In this document: positions 34,473 to 47,000 of the stretch, one piece after another
Layout of the letters: every line of letters starts with the position of its first letter
Numbering within the stretch: the first letter of the stretch is position 1
Assembly: GCA_004431415.1 (NCBI GenBank)
Contig: QPMI01000558.1
Span: 1-64,000, forward strand
Direction of reading: 5' to 3'
DNA length: 64,000 nt
Source: Cyanophora paradoxa CCMP329
Lineage: Eukaryota > Plantae > Glaucophyta
Made by a program: the position numbers and the translations under genes
Notes under the pieces: model-generated
The model's input: only the letters and a program-made list of their open reading frames with translations
Databases searched by the model: none
Told to the model about the DNA's origin: nothing

Positions 34473-36916
34473 ATGGACACAGCGCGGCGGGCGGCGGCGG
34501 AGGTGGCGGACACCTTCCGCGCTGTCCTGGTTCGCCCCGCCTCCGCTCAGAACCCAAGGGGTGCCGACTTCGGCCCGGCGGCTGACGCCTGGCGCAGGAG
34601 AAGGGGATGAAGCGGGAGGGGGCGCCGCAAGGGGCGAGGCGGGCGCTGACGCTGGAGCACGCGCCGGCGGGGGCGCTGGAGCGGGCGGTGGAGGAGCTCT
34701 GCGGGGAGCTGGAGGAGCGGGAGGCGGAGCTGCGGACGGCGGCGCAGCTGGGCCAGGCCCTCCTCGCAAACTTCCACGCCCTCGCCGCCGAGAAGGAGCG
34801 CCTCGCCGCCGAGGCTCGCCCCCCTCGCCCCCGCCTCGCGGCCCGCTCTGAGGCGCCGCCGGCAGAGGCAGCGGGGGGCGGAGGAGGCCGACGGTCTCCG
34901 GCAGGCCCTCGACAGGATCAAAGGTGCGCGGCGGCCGCCGTCGCGGCGCGTGTTCCCCTTGCTCACGCGGGCGGGGGCGGGGGGCAGGGGAGAAGGCGGA
35001 GCTGCAGAGCCGGATGCACCTGCTGGAGTTCGCGAAGGAGAACGAGGCGGGGGCGTGGCGCTCGCGCTCCGAGAAGGCCGCCGCCGCCCTCCGCGAGGCC
35101 GACCTCGCCATCGCAAAGGCGCGGCCCCGCCCGCCCGCTCTGCCCGCTCGGCTGGCGCGGATCCCGCCGAGGCCCGGCCTCGCGCAGCTGACCGGCGAGC
35201 GGGAGGCGGCGGCTGCCGAGGCGGCTGCCCTCAAGCGCCAGGTCCGTGCGGCCCGCTCCGCCCGGCCGCGGCCCTGCGAAGCCTGGAAAGAGCCGTACCC
35301 GAACGCGCGCGCAGCTGCAGGCGCAGACGTGCGGGCGGGCGGCGCGGGAGGCCTACCGGCACCTTGCGGAGGACTTCGACGAGCTCCTCCAGTCCGCCCG
35401 CGCCGGCGCCGTTGGGCCCGCCCCCGACCCCGACGCCACCGCCCGCCTCGAGCGCGCCCTCGGTGCTCCGCCCCGCCCCGCCCCGCCCCGCCTTGCCCCG
35501 CGTTCCCGGCGCCGGGGCTGAGTAAGGTGCCGCCAGCGGAGGCGGAGGAGCTGCGCGGAGAGGTGGAGCGGGCGCGGGAGGAGCAGGAGGCGCTGCGGCG
35601 GGAGCTCGCGGGCGACAGCGGGCGGGCGCGCCTGCAGGCTCTCCTCGACCGCCGGGACGCGGAGGTAGGCCCCGCTCTCGGCCCGGCTCTGGGCCGGCTC
35701 GACGCCTGACGGGCGCCGGCAGGTCGAGCAGCTCCGGCGGCGGCTGCGCGAGCTCGAAGCGCCGGGGGCGAAGGCTGGGGCGGGGGCGGGGGCGGCCTCG
35801 CAGCAGGCCCTCGTCCCCCGCCTGCGCCTCGGGGAGCTCGCCCCTTCCAACTGCAAGGCAGCCCCGCCGCCCGTCAGCCCGGCCGGCCCGGCGGCGTGGG
35901 CCCTGGCGCCGGCGAGCGGCCGGGGCGGGGCCGGAGAGGCGAGCAGCGCCGAGTCGGGTGCGGGGGCGGCCGCGAGCACCGCCCGCACCCTCGAGACAGC
36001 CGCCTCCTCCCGCACCCCGTGCGACCCCCTGCCCCGCCCCCGCTCGCTTTGCTTTGCTGACTGTCGTGCAGGCGGGCGACGGGCGGGGCGACGGGGCGGC
36101 ACGCGCGGCGGCCCGCACTCGGACCTGATTCGTTTCGGGTGCGTCCTTCGTTGGCCGCCCGGAGCCCTGAGCGCCCTTGCCCCGCCTGACTCGGTGCTCT
36201 CCCGCAGGCGCCCCTGCTGGAGGCCCCGGCTTTGGGGCTCGCCGGCGGGGCGGCGGGCCGCAGCCCGACGCGGGAGGAGCGGGCGTGGGGGGCGGCGGCG
36301 GGGGCGTGGCGGGAGGAGGAGGGCGCCGCGCGCCTCTCGAGCGGGAGCGCCGCCTCGAGCGAGGGCGAGGGGCCGGCCCCGCCGCCCCGCCCACCCCCCT
36401 CCCGCCTCTCCCGCGGTCCCTCGCGGCGCATCGCCCCTCGGGCAGCAGCCGCCGCGCCGGATCCGCCGCCTCGGCCGCCGGCGGGGCGCGGGCCGGCAGC
36501 AAGCGCCGCCTCGAGGCTGGCGGCTCGGGGCCCCGCCTGCGCCCGCGTTGCCGGCGGGGCGGCGGGGAAGCTGCTGGCGCCGGCGTGCGCGTGCGCGTGC
36601 GGGGAGGGCCCGGCCGGCCTGGAGGAGGCGGCGCGGGCCTGGGCCCCGCCCCCGCCACCCTCGCGGCCCGGCCCCGGGGCGCCCCGCGCTGCCCGACGAC
36701 CCCTTCTGGATGACGGGCCTGGAGTTCCGGCCCCGCCGCGCGCCGCCCCCGGGCGCTCCGGCAGCGCCGGCGCCGCCTGCCTCGCCTTCGCCTGCACCGC
36801 CGCCGCCGCCGCCCTCGCCGCCGCCGCCTCCGCCTGCTTCCCCCAGGCGCAGCCCCGCAAGACCCGCCCCGGCCCCGCCGCCTGATCGCCATCTAGATAG
36901 CTTTAGCCTGTACTGA
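34473..36916 (+). CDS. Coiled-coil protein with CC1-box-like motif and low-complexity tail
   Basis: ELEEREAELRTAAQLGQALLANFHALAAEKERL and further heptad exons. Stop at 36885 or 36916. Confidence 0.65.
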
Positions 36917-36950
36917 AACTGTAAGCAATGCACTGTACAGAGGCGGCGGG

Positions 36951-38409
36951 CTAGCCGGCGGTGGCGGGCCCCGGGGGCGGGAGGGTGACGGGCTGGGGCG
37001 CCTGCCGGGCGAGGAGGAGCTTGATCTGCCGCTGCAGCTCCGCCTGCACGTCCTTGTGCCGCACGTCCACCTCCTGCACGCCCGGGCCCCTCGGCGAGGG
37101 CGGCGCAGGGCGGGGTGGGGGGTTCAGAGGGCGCGCCTTCATCTCGCGGACGGCGGCCTCGTAGCTGCGCTCCAGCAGCACGCACTTCCCCTCCAGCTTC
37201 TCGATCTGCGTGCGGGGGTACTGCTTGCTCGCTGCCCCCAAACGACCCCCCCCTCCCCTTCGTTCGCACCTCGTGGAAGGCGAACTCGAGCTGGGAGCGG
37301 GGTATGAGGCCGTCGCGCTCGCGGTCCATGCGGGCGATCTGCGCGCGGGCCTCCTCGAGCTGCCCGGCGAGCTCCTCGCCGCGCGCCTGCGCCTTGAAGA
37401 TCTCGAGGCGCATGCGGATGGCGTTCTGCTCGCGCTGCTTGGGGCCCTTGTCCTTGTCGGGGTCCGACGTGAGCTTCTCCATGAAGGAGTGCAGCTGCTC
37501 GACTTCCTCCGCCTTCTTCTCCAGCGCGCCCTCCGACGCCTTCAGCCGCGCCTGCAGCTCCTCCACCTGCGCCCCGTGCCGCTGCCTCTGCTCCAGCATC
37601 TCCTTCCTGCACCCCGCCCCGCCCCGCGTCGGCCCCCGCGGCCGCAGCGCCCGTGGCCGGCGCCGGGCGCGCACTTGATGAGCTGTACGCTGTCCCGCAG
37701 TTTCGCCGCCTCGTCCACCGCCCCCGCCAGGCTCGCCTCCTGCCGTCGCCGCTCCTCGGCCCACGCCTCCCTGCACCCCGCACCCGCCCTCGGCGCTCGG
37801 CGGAGAGAGCTGCCTGCGCGCGCGCGCACCGCTCGTTCTCGAGGTCGCGGACGCGCTCGAACCAGGGGAGCTGCTCCTTGCCGCCCGTGTGGAAGTCCCT
37901 GTCGCTCGAGTAGACGCTCTCCCGCAGCACCGCCAGGCACTTCACGAACGCCGGCTTCAGGCTCTCTGGCAGCTGCTCCACCAGCTCGTCTGCCGCCGCC
38001 CCGTCAGAGGGGCGCCCGGCAAGGCTAGCCACGGAAAACCCGCTAGAGCGCAGCGATATGCAGCGGGGGCCGTGCGGAGCGTCTGGGGCGGTTTTATAAG
38101 ACGCTCGGATGCTACTGTAAGCGTCACGCCTGCGTCCTGTGCCGCAGCACGGCGGCAGCTAAAGTTCTCGCAGAACGGTCGGCGCTCGGCGCACCGACCA
38201 GAGCCATGATCAGGCGCAGGCGCCTGGAATCTGGCTTGCTCGCTTTGGGATCGTAGCTGGTTGACGAGAGCGCCTCATTGACCGCTATCTCCAGCCGGAA
38301 CGCTGGGCGTGGCGGTCCTGGTGAACTGCCGTGCGGGGGGGCCTTCTGGCGCATCAAATAACGGTTGCGCACCTGGACTCCTAAAGGCTGGATCCGCCTT
38401 CTTCATCAT
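36951..38409 (-). CDS. Coiled-coil protein of unknown function
   Basis: Exons such as EMLEQRQRHGAQVEELQARLKASEGALEKKAEEVEQLHSFMEKL and IEKLEGKCVLLERSYEAAVREMK. Start MMKKADP is tentative. Confidence 0.65.
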
Positions 38410-38512
38410 CGCTGCTGCTTGTTGGGCCACTTTGCAACACAATTTGCGTACCCCACGCGCACGACAATTTCAACAAATTGAACAGCTCGCTCGCTCATTC
38501 TCGCCTGTAGCG

Positions 38513-41500
38513 ATGATGAGTACACTCGCACCACACCGGGACGACGAGGCGGCGCCGCACACGGACCTGGAGAAGCTTTGCGCGTACGTCGAGTCCGGAG
38601 GAGATCCGGAGGCAGAGAACCGCCTCGGGCAGGTGCATTGCAGTTGCGCAAATGCATTGCACGCGTTCTCACCGCTCTGCGCCGCAGAGGGCTCTCCATC
38701 ACGCCGCTCTCCAGGGCGCAACGCCGTCCATGAAGTGGCTTCTCGTGCGCGCGTGGCCGGCGCTCCCGTTCCTGCGTTCCTTTTCGTAGTTGCGAACGTT
38801 CGAGCTCCCTGATCGCGCCCGATCCGCTCGCCGCTCTGTTCGCTTGTCGCAGGAACGGGGATGCGACCCGAACGCTGGTCCGTGCGAGGGCCCTCGCTCC
38901 GCGGCGATCGCCCACCGGAATCGCGTTTCTTGCAGAGACGATCAGCGGGACGACGTCGCTGCACTTCTCGGCTCGAGCCGGCGTGAGACAAACATGAGGC
39001 TGCTTCGCCGGCGCCCGGCGCAGCTGAGGCGGAACGCAGAACCTGGAGGGCGTGAAGCTGCTGCTATCGAAGGGCGCGAGCTCCAAGAAGAAGAACATCC
39101 TCGGGAAGACCCCGCTCCACCTCGGCGCGCCGGAGCCCGTGACTGCGAGCGGCGCTCGGTGGGCGCTGACGCGCGTGGCGCAGCGGTGGAGCGGGGCCAC
39201 ACGAAGGTGGCCGAGGCGCTGCTGAAGGCGGGGGCGGACCCGAACGAGGAGGACCTGAAGGGGCGCACACCGCTGCACTACAGCGTGGAGCGGAACGACC
39301 GGGAGACGGCGGCGCTGCTGCTGCGGCACGGCGCCTCGACGACGCGCGCGTGCGAGGGCGACGTGGACGAGGAGCTCACGCCGCTGGACCTCGCCTGCAA
39401 GCGGTGCAACCGCGAGCTCTGCGCGCTGATCCAGCAGCACCGCGCCGCCTGCCGTCCGTCCACCCCGCCCCGCCCCCTCGCACGTCTTCCGCTCGAGCTC
39501 GGCGCTGACCGCCGGAGCCTGCAGCGCCGGAGAAGCTGGCGGCGGAGCGGGAGGCGGAGAAGCGGCGGTTGGAGGAGCGGCGGGCCTTCCGAGAGGTCAC
39601 CCTCCACTCCTGGGCCAACGACCCCGGTCCGCCCCGCCCCGCCGGCCCCCGCGGGTTGCGCCGCGAGCTGCGCGCCAGAGGCGATCGGGCGGACGCTGGA
39701 GCGCTCGGCGGGGGCGGCGCTGGCACAGGACTCGCACGGCTCCACCGCCCTCCACGAGGCGCGGCGCCCCCGCCCGGGCCCCGGCCGCCGCCGAGCGGGG
39801 GCGCGCAGGCGGTGGAGCGGGGGCGGTGGCGAGCATGGAGGAGCTCCTCAAGCGGGGCGCCCTCCCCGACCAGAAGGACTCGTGCGCCCGCCGCCTCGCG
39901 GGGCCGCCCCGTGGGCCCCTCTGAGGGGGCGCCAGGCGGGGCAACTCGGCGCTGCACGTGGCGGCGGGGGCGCTGCAGGTCGAGGCCCTCGCCCTCCTCC
40001 TCCGCTCCGGCGCCGCCCCGAACCTCCGCAACAACGCCGGCGAGGTCCGCCCCCGCGCCCGAGCGGTCGGATCCAATCTGACCGGGTGTGAGCAGACGGC
40101 GCTGCACGTGATGCTGCAGCGGCCGCGGCCGGCGCTGGCGCGGCGCGGGAGCGGGGCGGGGCTGGTGGCGGCGGACGGACCGCTGCCGGGGCGGCTGGGC
40201 AACCGCCGCGCCACCGTCGTCTCCACCTCCGGCGACGACTCCGACTTCGGCCCAGCCGTCCCCGCCGCCGCCACCGCCCCCACGGCCCGCCCCCGCCTTC
40301 CCCTCCCCGCCGGGGCCTCGCACGCAGCAGGCCGCCGGGCCTCCGCCGCCACCGCCGCCGCCGCCCGCGGCGCCGGGGCGGCCGCCGTCGCGCGGCTCGC
40401 ACGAGCAGCCGCTGCAGCGACCGGCGGGGGCCCCGGGGCAGCGGCGGTGGCGGGGCGGAGCCGGGGTCGCCCCGGCGGGGCCGCGGGCTCGCGCGCCGCG
40501 CCAGCGTCGCCTCACTGGGGAGGCCGAGGCGAGCCCCGCCCCGCCCTGCGGCTTGGCGCCGGCGCCTGAGCGGCGGCGCGCAGGCGATCGTGGCGGACCG
40601 GGAGCACGAGGGCCTCGTCGCCGCGGCGGCGGCGGCGGCGGAGGCGGCCGCGCAGGGCGACGGGCACGCCGTCGCCGCCCTCGCCCTCGAGACCGGCCCG
40701 CCCCGCCCGACCTCAGCGCCCACCTCGGCGAGGAGGCCCGCCCGCCCATGGCGCCGCCGCCGCGAGCGACACCGCGGGGCGTGCTTTTGACGTGCGGACC
40801 TCGCAGCTGGCGCTGGAGGCGGCGGTGGCGCTGCTGCTCGACTTCGAGGCGGGGATCCTCGAGGAGGATTGGCGCGGCGTCAACCCCCTCCAGGCGAGCC
40901 CGCCCGTCCCCGGCCCCCGCCCTCCGTCGCCAGAGCGGGGCTTGCAGCTGGCGGTGGAGCGGGGCCACCTCGGGGCCCTCTACCGCATGCTAACCCACCC
41001 GCCCCGCGAGGCCCGCCCCGCCCCGCCCCCGCCCTGCGCCTCCCGTCCGAACGACCGGCAGGCGGCCGCCGGCGGGCCCGTCGACGCGCCCGTCGCGGCG
41101 CGCTGCTACGCCGCGACGGAGGCCGCCCTGCGCACTGGAGACGCGCAGCTCGCCGCCTCGGCGCGCGCCGCCCCGCCCCGCCCCGCCCGACCCTCGTCTC
41201 GCGCCGCTCGGCTGAGCCGGCCGCAGATCCGCGCGGCGGTGAGCTCCGGCTCGCGCCCGCCCTCCCGCGAGGAGGCCGCCCCGGCCCCGGCCCGGCCGCC
41301 CCGAGCGCCAGCGCCAGCCCCGCTGCCCAGGAGCGGGAGGCGGCAGCCCCGCGGATCGCGAGCGGCCGGCGCCGGCGCACGCGGGGACGCCCGTGCCGTG
41401 CCCCGTGCCGTGTCCCGTGACGAAGCCGGACGGGCTGCCGCGGCGGCCCTCCCTCGCCACCCTCTCCGTCCCCGTGCGAGCGAGCGCGGGGCGCCCAGAG

Positions 41501-42666
41501 AGCGGAGGCGAGCTGAAGGGGCGGCAGGGGCTCGAGGAGGAGGTGGGCCTGCCCCCGGAGGCGGCCGCCACCTGCGAGCGCCGGCCCAGCGGCGAGAAGG
41601 CCGGCTCCGACGCCGAGCAGGCGCGCGAGGCCCCTCCCTCCCCGTCTCCGTCCCCTGAGGCGGCCCCGGGCCCGGGCGCGCAGGTGTACGAGCTCTCGCA
41701 GCGGGCGGTGACGCCGGCGCCGTCGCCCTTCTTCCGGCTGGGCCCCGTCGTCGCCGAGCGGCCCGAGGCGGAGGCGGAGCGGCCGTCGAGCCGCGGCGGG
41801 CCCTCGCCCCCGCTCCTCGTCGCCTACCGCTCCCGCCGCTCCTCCAGCAACGTCTCCTCCGCCGGCTCCGTCCCCTCCTCCGCCTCCGCCCTCGCCGCCG
41901 CCTCCGCCGCCACCGCCGCAGCGGCCGCCGCCGCGGCTGCAGCCGCCGCCCCGCCGGCCGCCGCCGCTGAGCCGGCGGCGGAGGAGGCGCCGGTGGGGCG
42001 TGTGCGGAGCCTGGCGGCTAAGTTCGCGGGCCTCTTCCGCCCCTCGCACCCCGCCGCCCCCGCCACCGTCACCCCCGTGCCCGTCAAGGCCGCCCGCGCT
42101 GGCAGCGGCAGCGCCGGCAGCGGCAGCGCCCGCAGCTCCGTCTCCGGCCCGAGCTCCGCCCCGGAGCAGCCGGCGGCCGCCCCGACCGCCCCGGAGCCGG
42201 CTGCGGAGCCGGCCCCGGCGAAGCCGTCGCCGCAGGAGGCGGCAGAGAAGGCTGCGGAAGGGGCCGGCGGGCACGCGGAGGCGCACGGGGCGGGCCGCTG
42301 GGAGAAGGTGCCCACGCGCCGCGCCGCGCGCGGGGCGCTGGCGGGCGCGCCGGCTGAGGCGGGCGGGGGCAGGTGAAGGAGGCGCTGGCCCCTCGGGGGG
42401 CGCCTTCCACGAGCTCCTCGCCTCCTGGCGCGCCCACGCCGGCGCCCCGCCCCGCCCCAGCCCGGCCCGCACCCGCACCCGCCCCCCCACGCCTCCTCGG
42501 ACGTGAGCGCCGGCGGCGGCTCCGGGGCGGGCCCCCACGGCCAGGGCCACCCCGGCACGGCCCACCGCCTGCGCTGAGCGCGCCCTCCGAATCGCCGAGA
42601 TCCCCCTCACTGCTCTCGAGCCCGGCCGGCGCGCCAGCCCCAGCCCCGGGAAAAAACACTCTGTAA
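38513..42666 (+). CDS. Ankyrin-repeat protein with long Ser/Pro/Ala-rich C-terminus
   Basis: GQRALHHAALQGATPSMKWLL, GTTSLHFSARAGNLEGVKLLLSKGA, GKTPLHLAVERGHTKVAEALLKAGADPN, GRTPLHYSV, GNSALHVAA. End at 42506 or 42666. Confidence 0.85.
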
Positions 42667-42854
42667 ATTATTCGAGAACAATTTTGTGCAAGGAAAATGA
42701 AGGAAATCGACACTGTTGAAAAAGCAGCCGCCTCCTGCTCGAGGCAAGCTGAGCTGTACACGGCCAGACGGTCTCATACGGTTACAGCGAGGGCCTCCGA
42801 CGCAGCCCCTCGCGCCCTCGTCCCTCGCGGGCCGGGGCGACCGGGCTCCCGGGG

Positions 42855-45021
42855 TCACTTGCCCTGGCGGTGGCGGGGCTTGCCGGACTTGGGGGGGAAG
42901 AGGGAACGGGGCGGGGGCGGGGGCGCGCGGAGGGTGCGCTCGCCCCAGCGCTCCTCCTGGAGCTCGCAGGCGTCCTCCTCGTCCGAGTCAGAGTCCGCCA
43001 CCTCCAGCACCTCCAGCTTCCCCGCCCCGTACGGCCCGAACCCGTACGGCAGGTGCTTCCGCGCCCGCGCCTCCAGCCGCGCCGCCCGCCGCGCCGCCGC
43101 CGCCGGGCCCTCCTCCCGCTCCTCCTCCTCCGCCTGCTGCCGCAGCTGGGCGCGCAGGGCGGAGCCCGGGAGGAGGGCGGCGGGGGCCGCCGCCAGCGAG
43201 TTCCGGTCGAGGATGGTCAGCACGAGGACGGGGAGGATCTGCGCGCTGCGTCGGGCCGAGGCGCCGGAGCCGGCGCCGGCGCTCGGGCGGGGCGGCGCGG
43301 GGGCACCTGGGCGGCCGAGAAGACGACGAACTCCCTGCCGCCGGGCGAGATGTGCGAGTCGAACCCCGCGGCGACCGGCTGGTCTGCGCGCCCTCGCGCC
43401 CGTCAGCACAGGCCTGCGCGCGGAGGGGCGGGGCGGGCGGGGCGGGGGCGGGCCGTAGGCCGTGGAGGTGAGGAGGCAGGGGCGGCCCATCAGCGTGCTG
43501 CATACGATGAGCCTGCGAGGCCGCCCCGCCCCGTCAGGAGCGGCCGAGGTGGAGAGGATCGGGCGGGCCGGGGGCGCCGGCGCTGCGGACCGCTGGCCGT
43601 AGCTGTGGGCCGAGTGCGTGGCGCCGGAGGCCTCCCACGCGTTCTGCGCCTCGGAGTAGCCGAGGGCGACGCTGGCGAGGGGCGACGAGTAGATGCCCTT
43701 CCCGAACACCCCCACCGAGAAGCGCGACTCGATGGTCCCCGGCGGCAGCAGACCGTTCCGCACTGCCCGCACCGCCGCCTCAGCTGCGGGCCCTGGGGCG
43801 GGCGGCAGGGGGCGGACCGATGGAGGGCAGGGTGCGGTAGCGCGTGCCTTCGCGGGCCGGGGGCACGCGCGTCAGACAGGGGCGGGCGGGCGGGCGGGGC
43901 GGGCGGGCGAGCGCATGGGCGCACCGTGGAAGGTGGTGCAGGGCTCGGAGAAGCGGAGGCGGCCGTTGGGGGACGGGGCGGTGGGGAAGGCGGGCGACTG
44001 GGCGTGGCCGTAGTGCTCGCGCATGCGGGCCCAGAGGCGGCGGAAGCGGGATGCGAGGTCCGGGCGGAGGACGTTCTCGACGCGGACGCAGACGACGTGG
44101 GCGGGCAGGCGGGCGAGGAGGGCGTGCAGCGGGCCCACGAAGGCCGCCGAGCTCATGTCCTCCCACTCCATCGCCTCCTCCCCGCCCTCGCCCTCCGCAT
44201 CCCACGCCAGCCCCGCCTCCGCCGCGGCCGCGTCCAGCGCCGAGATGCGCGGCGCCGGCGCCGCCGCCGCGGGCGCCGCCGGCGCCTCCTCGACCGTGAG
44301 CGCCAGCTCGGCCTCGGTGACGGAGAGGGGGCGGGGCGGCTGCGGCTTGGGAGCCGCCCACTGGCGGGCGCGCTCGGCGAAGGCGCTCTCGCGCTGCAGC
44401 TTTTCCTCGACGCGGCGCCCGACGAACTCGGAGGCGGCCTGCAGGAGCTCGCAGAGGACGGGCCGGCCCGCCGCCCCGAGGGCGAGCTGCAGCAGCTCCT
44501 CGTAGAGCGCGTCGGCGTGCTTCGTGCTCAGGCGGTCCGCCGACTCGATCTCGAAGACGGGGGGCAGGGCGGGATACTCGGCGAGGGCGATGCTCAGCCA
44601 TGCGCCGCCGTCGGGCAGGCGCTCGCGCTGCGCGAGGGGGTCCAGGCGGACGCGCAGCAGGCCGCTCTCCTCGCTGTACTCGGCGTCCTCGCCGTAGATG
44701 GCGAGCAGAGCAGCCAGCTCCTCCTCGCGGGACTGCTGCAGCGCCGCCGGCCCGGCCTGAAGCGCCGAGGCGACGGCCTCGAGCTCCGCGGCCGCGCTGG
44801 CGTCTTGCAAAAGGTCGAAATCGAGGATTTGATCATGCCCGCCGAAGTCATCGCCCAGCGCGCCGGCCCAGCGGGCGGCGAAGCTGGGGACCTCGCCGGG
44901 ATCCTCGGCTGCCAGCATTGCAAGGCTAAGGGGCTCAGTGCGCCTCCAGATTAGCTAGAGAGAGTGCTTCCAACTCTGGAGATGCACATGACCTCGCCAA
45001 AGTCAGAAGTGATCGCTCCAT
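42855..45021 (-). CDS. RWD domain + PARP-like ADP-ribosyltransferase with H-Y-E triad
   Basis: RWD: REEELAALLAIYGED...YPALPP...GRPVLCELL. ART: FHGTRYRTLPSIVRNGL, FGKGIYSSP...ALGYS, RLIVCSTLMGR, GFDSHISPGGREFVVFSAAQILP. Start (45021 or 44918) is uncertain. Confidence 0.85.
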
Positions 45022-45167
45022 GTGAACCGCATTCGGTAACTGCCGCTACCCGTCCAGCACAGTCCGACCCTTGCACCCCCCAGCAGCCCGGCCGGTGGTA
45101 GCTATTGCACCTTCCAGCTCAGCCTAGGCTAGGTAGAGCGGCCGGACGCCTCGGCCCAACCGGAAGG

Positions 45168-46604
45168 ATGCCCGAGGGCGATGGCGTCACTCCGCTGGAC
45201 CACCTCCCGCCGCTGCGCACCGCGGAGGAGGTGCGCGAGGCCGCCGGCCCGAGCGAAGCTCGATGCGCTCCCGCGCCCGCGGCTGAGCGGCGCGCAGGTC
45301 GAGCGCGTGGCGACCGTCTGCTTTGGAGCGCCCAGACTGAAGGACGGCGTGATTCACCCGACAGCTGTCTGGAAGGTGCGCGCGCAGCTGCGGGTCGGCC
45401 TCGGGAGGCGGCTGATGCCGCGCGCGGGCACGCGCTGCGTGCCGCGCAGGTGAACCCGGCGACGGACGGGCGCCCGTACGGGTCGGAGTACGCGACGATC
45501 CGCATCTGCGAGCACTCCCCGCCCTCCGACCACGGTACCCACGCCGCCGCCCAGCTAGGCCCTAGCTCCAGCGCTAGCGTCGGCGCGCGCGCGCGCGCTC
45601 CGAGAATACGGCCCGCCCGCTCTAATCGGAGCCGACGGGCCAGACTTCTTTCTGCTGAACTACACGCGCGCCTTTGCCGACGGCATCATCATCAGCGGCG
45701 CCATCCTTAGGTCCCGTCCCGCTGTACTCTCCGTTCCGGACCCCGCCCTCACTACCAGCGGGTCAGGGAGGAGCCGCGGCTGCGGTACGCGCTGGCGGGC
45801 CCGGCGGCGGAGGGCCTGCTCGACTGGCGCGTGCGGACCCTCGGCAAGACCGGCCCCCAGCTCGTCCTCGTCCTCACCCGCGGCCAGGCGCCCCCTACCC
45901 CCGTCCCGGCCCGCACCCCGGCCCTGACGCGGGCACAGGACCCGGCGGGTCTCCTGTCGCACGCGATGTTCACCGCCGCCTCGGACCGGCCCATCGTCTT
46001 CGTCTTCTTCTGCCCCGCCGCCGCCGCGCCCCGCCTCGAGGTGCCCGCCGCGCCCGCCCGCGCCGCGCCAGGCCGCCGCTGACGGGGACAGGCGGCGGCG
46101 GCGGAGCGGGAGCTGCGGCACGTGCGCGTGGTCGGCGCGGAGCGGCCCTCCATCGCCGCCGCCGTCGCCTACCTCCGCGCCGTACGCCCCGCGCCCCGCG
46201 CCCCGGGCGGGGGCGGGCCCGATCTCGACGGGCAGGCGGGTGCGGGGCGGTGTCGGTGGAGGCGGGCCCGTCGACGTCGCGGGAGCTCCACGCGGCGCGC
46301 GCCGTCGACACCCTCCTCCTCTCCGTCTACCACGCCCCGCCATCGCCCCCGACGCCCGCCCCGCCCGCCCCACCCCGCCGGCCGGGGCCGACGGCGCGCA
46401 GGTGGTGGACCCGGCGCTCGCCTTCGTGCCCCGCGCCGCCATCGACGACGCCTTCGCCCTCGCCTCCGCCCACCGCGTCGCCTCCCCGCGCGGTCCCCTC
46501 CCGCCCCGCCGCCAGCGCCCCCGGCCCCGCTCATCGCGCCCGGGGCCCCGCGCGCATGCGCAGGCGAGACGTGGGAGATCCGGCGCTACGAGGCCAAGCG
46601 ATGA
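45168..46604 (+). CDS. RibD C-terminal / DHFR-fold reductase-like protein
   Basis: SDH|DFFLLNYTRAFADGIIISGAILR.EP, VLVLTRG, VSVEAGPSTSRELHAARAVDTLLLSVY match the RibD_C pattern (RA.ADAI..G..T.R, VEGGP, VDE..L). Confidence 0.7.
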
Positions 46605-47000
46605 CGGCCCGCCGTCGTGGCATCTAGGGCCTCTCCCAGCTGGCGCGCAGCGGCGGGAGAGATGTAAAGTGGTACATGTACAGAGATTACAGAAGAACAT
46701 CGAATTCGGATCGCAGAAACGACAGATCAAATTACAGCATCTGCCTGGGCTAGTTTGCAACTCGCGAAACCCCCGTACAGGCAAGAAAGGTAGCGCGTGC
46801 TCGTCGAACCTCAGGTCGGAGCACTGGCGAGCGCTCCAGCGGTTCTGTTCGTAGCGCAGGCTCTCCCCGTGCAGAGGGGCGCAGCCGCGCAGCACGCAGA
46901 AGCGGGTGCGAGCTGCGGTCAATCAGCGCCGCGCCGACCTGCGGCGGCGCGCCGGGCACCTGCGCCGGAGCGCCGGGGATTCGCGCATATCGACGCATCA

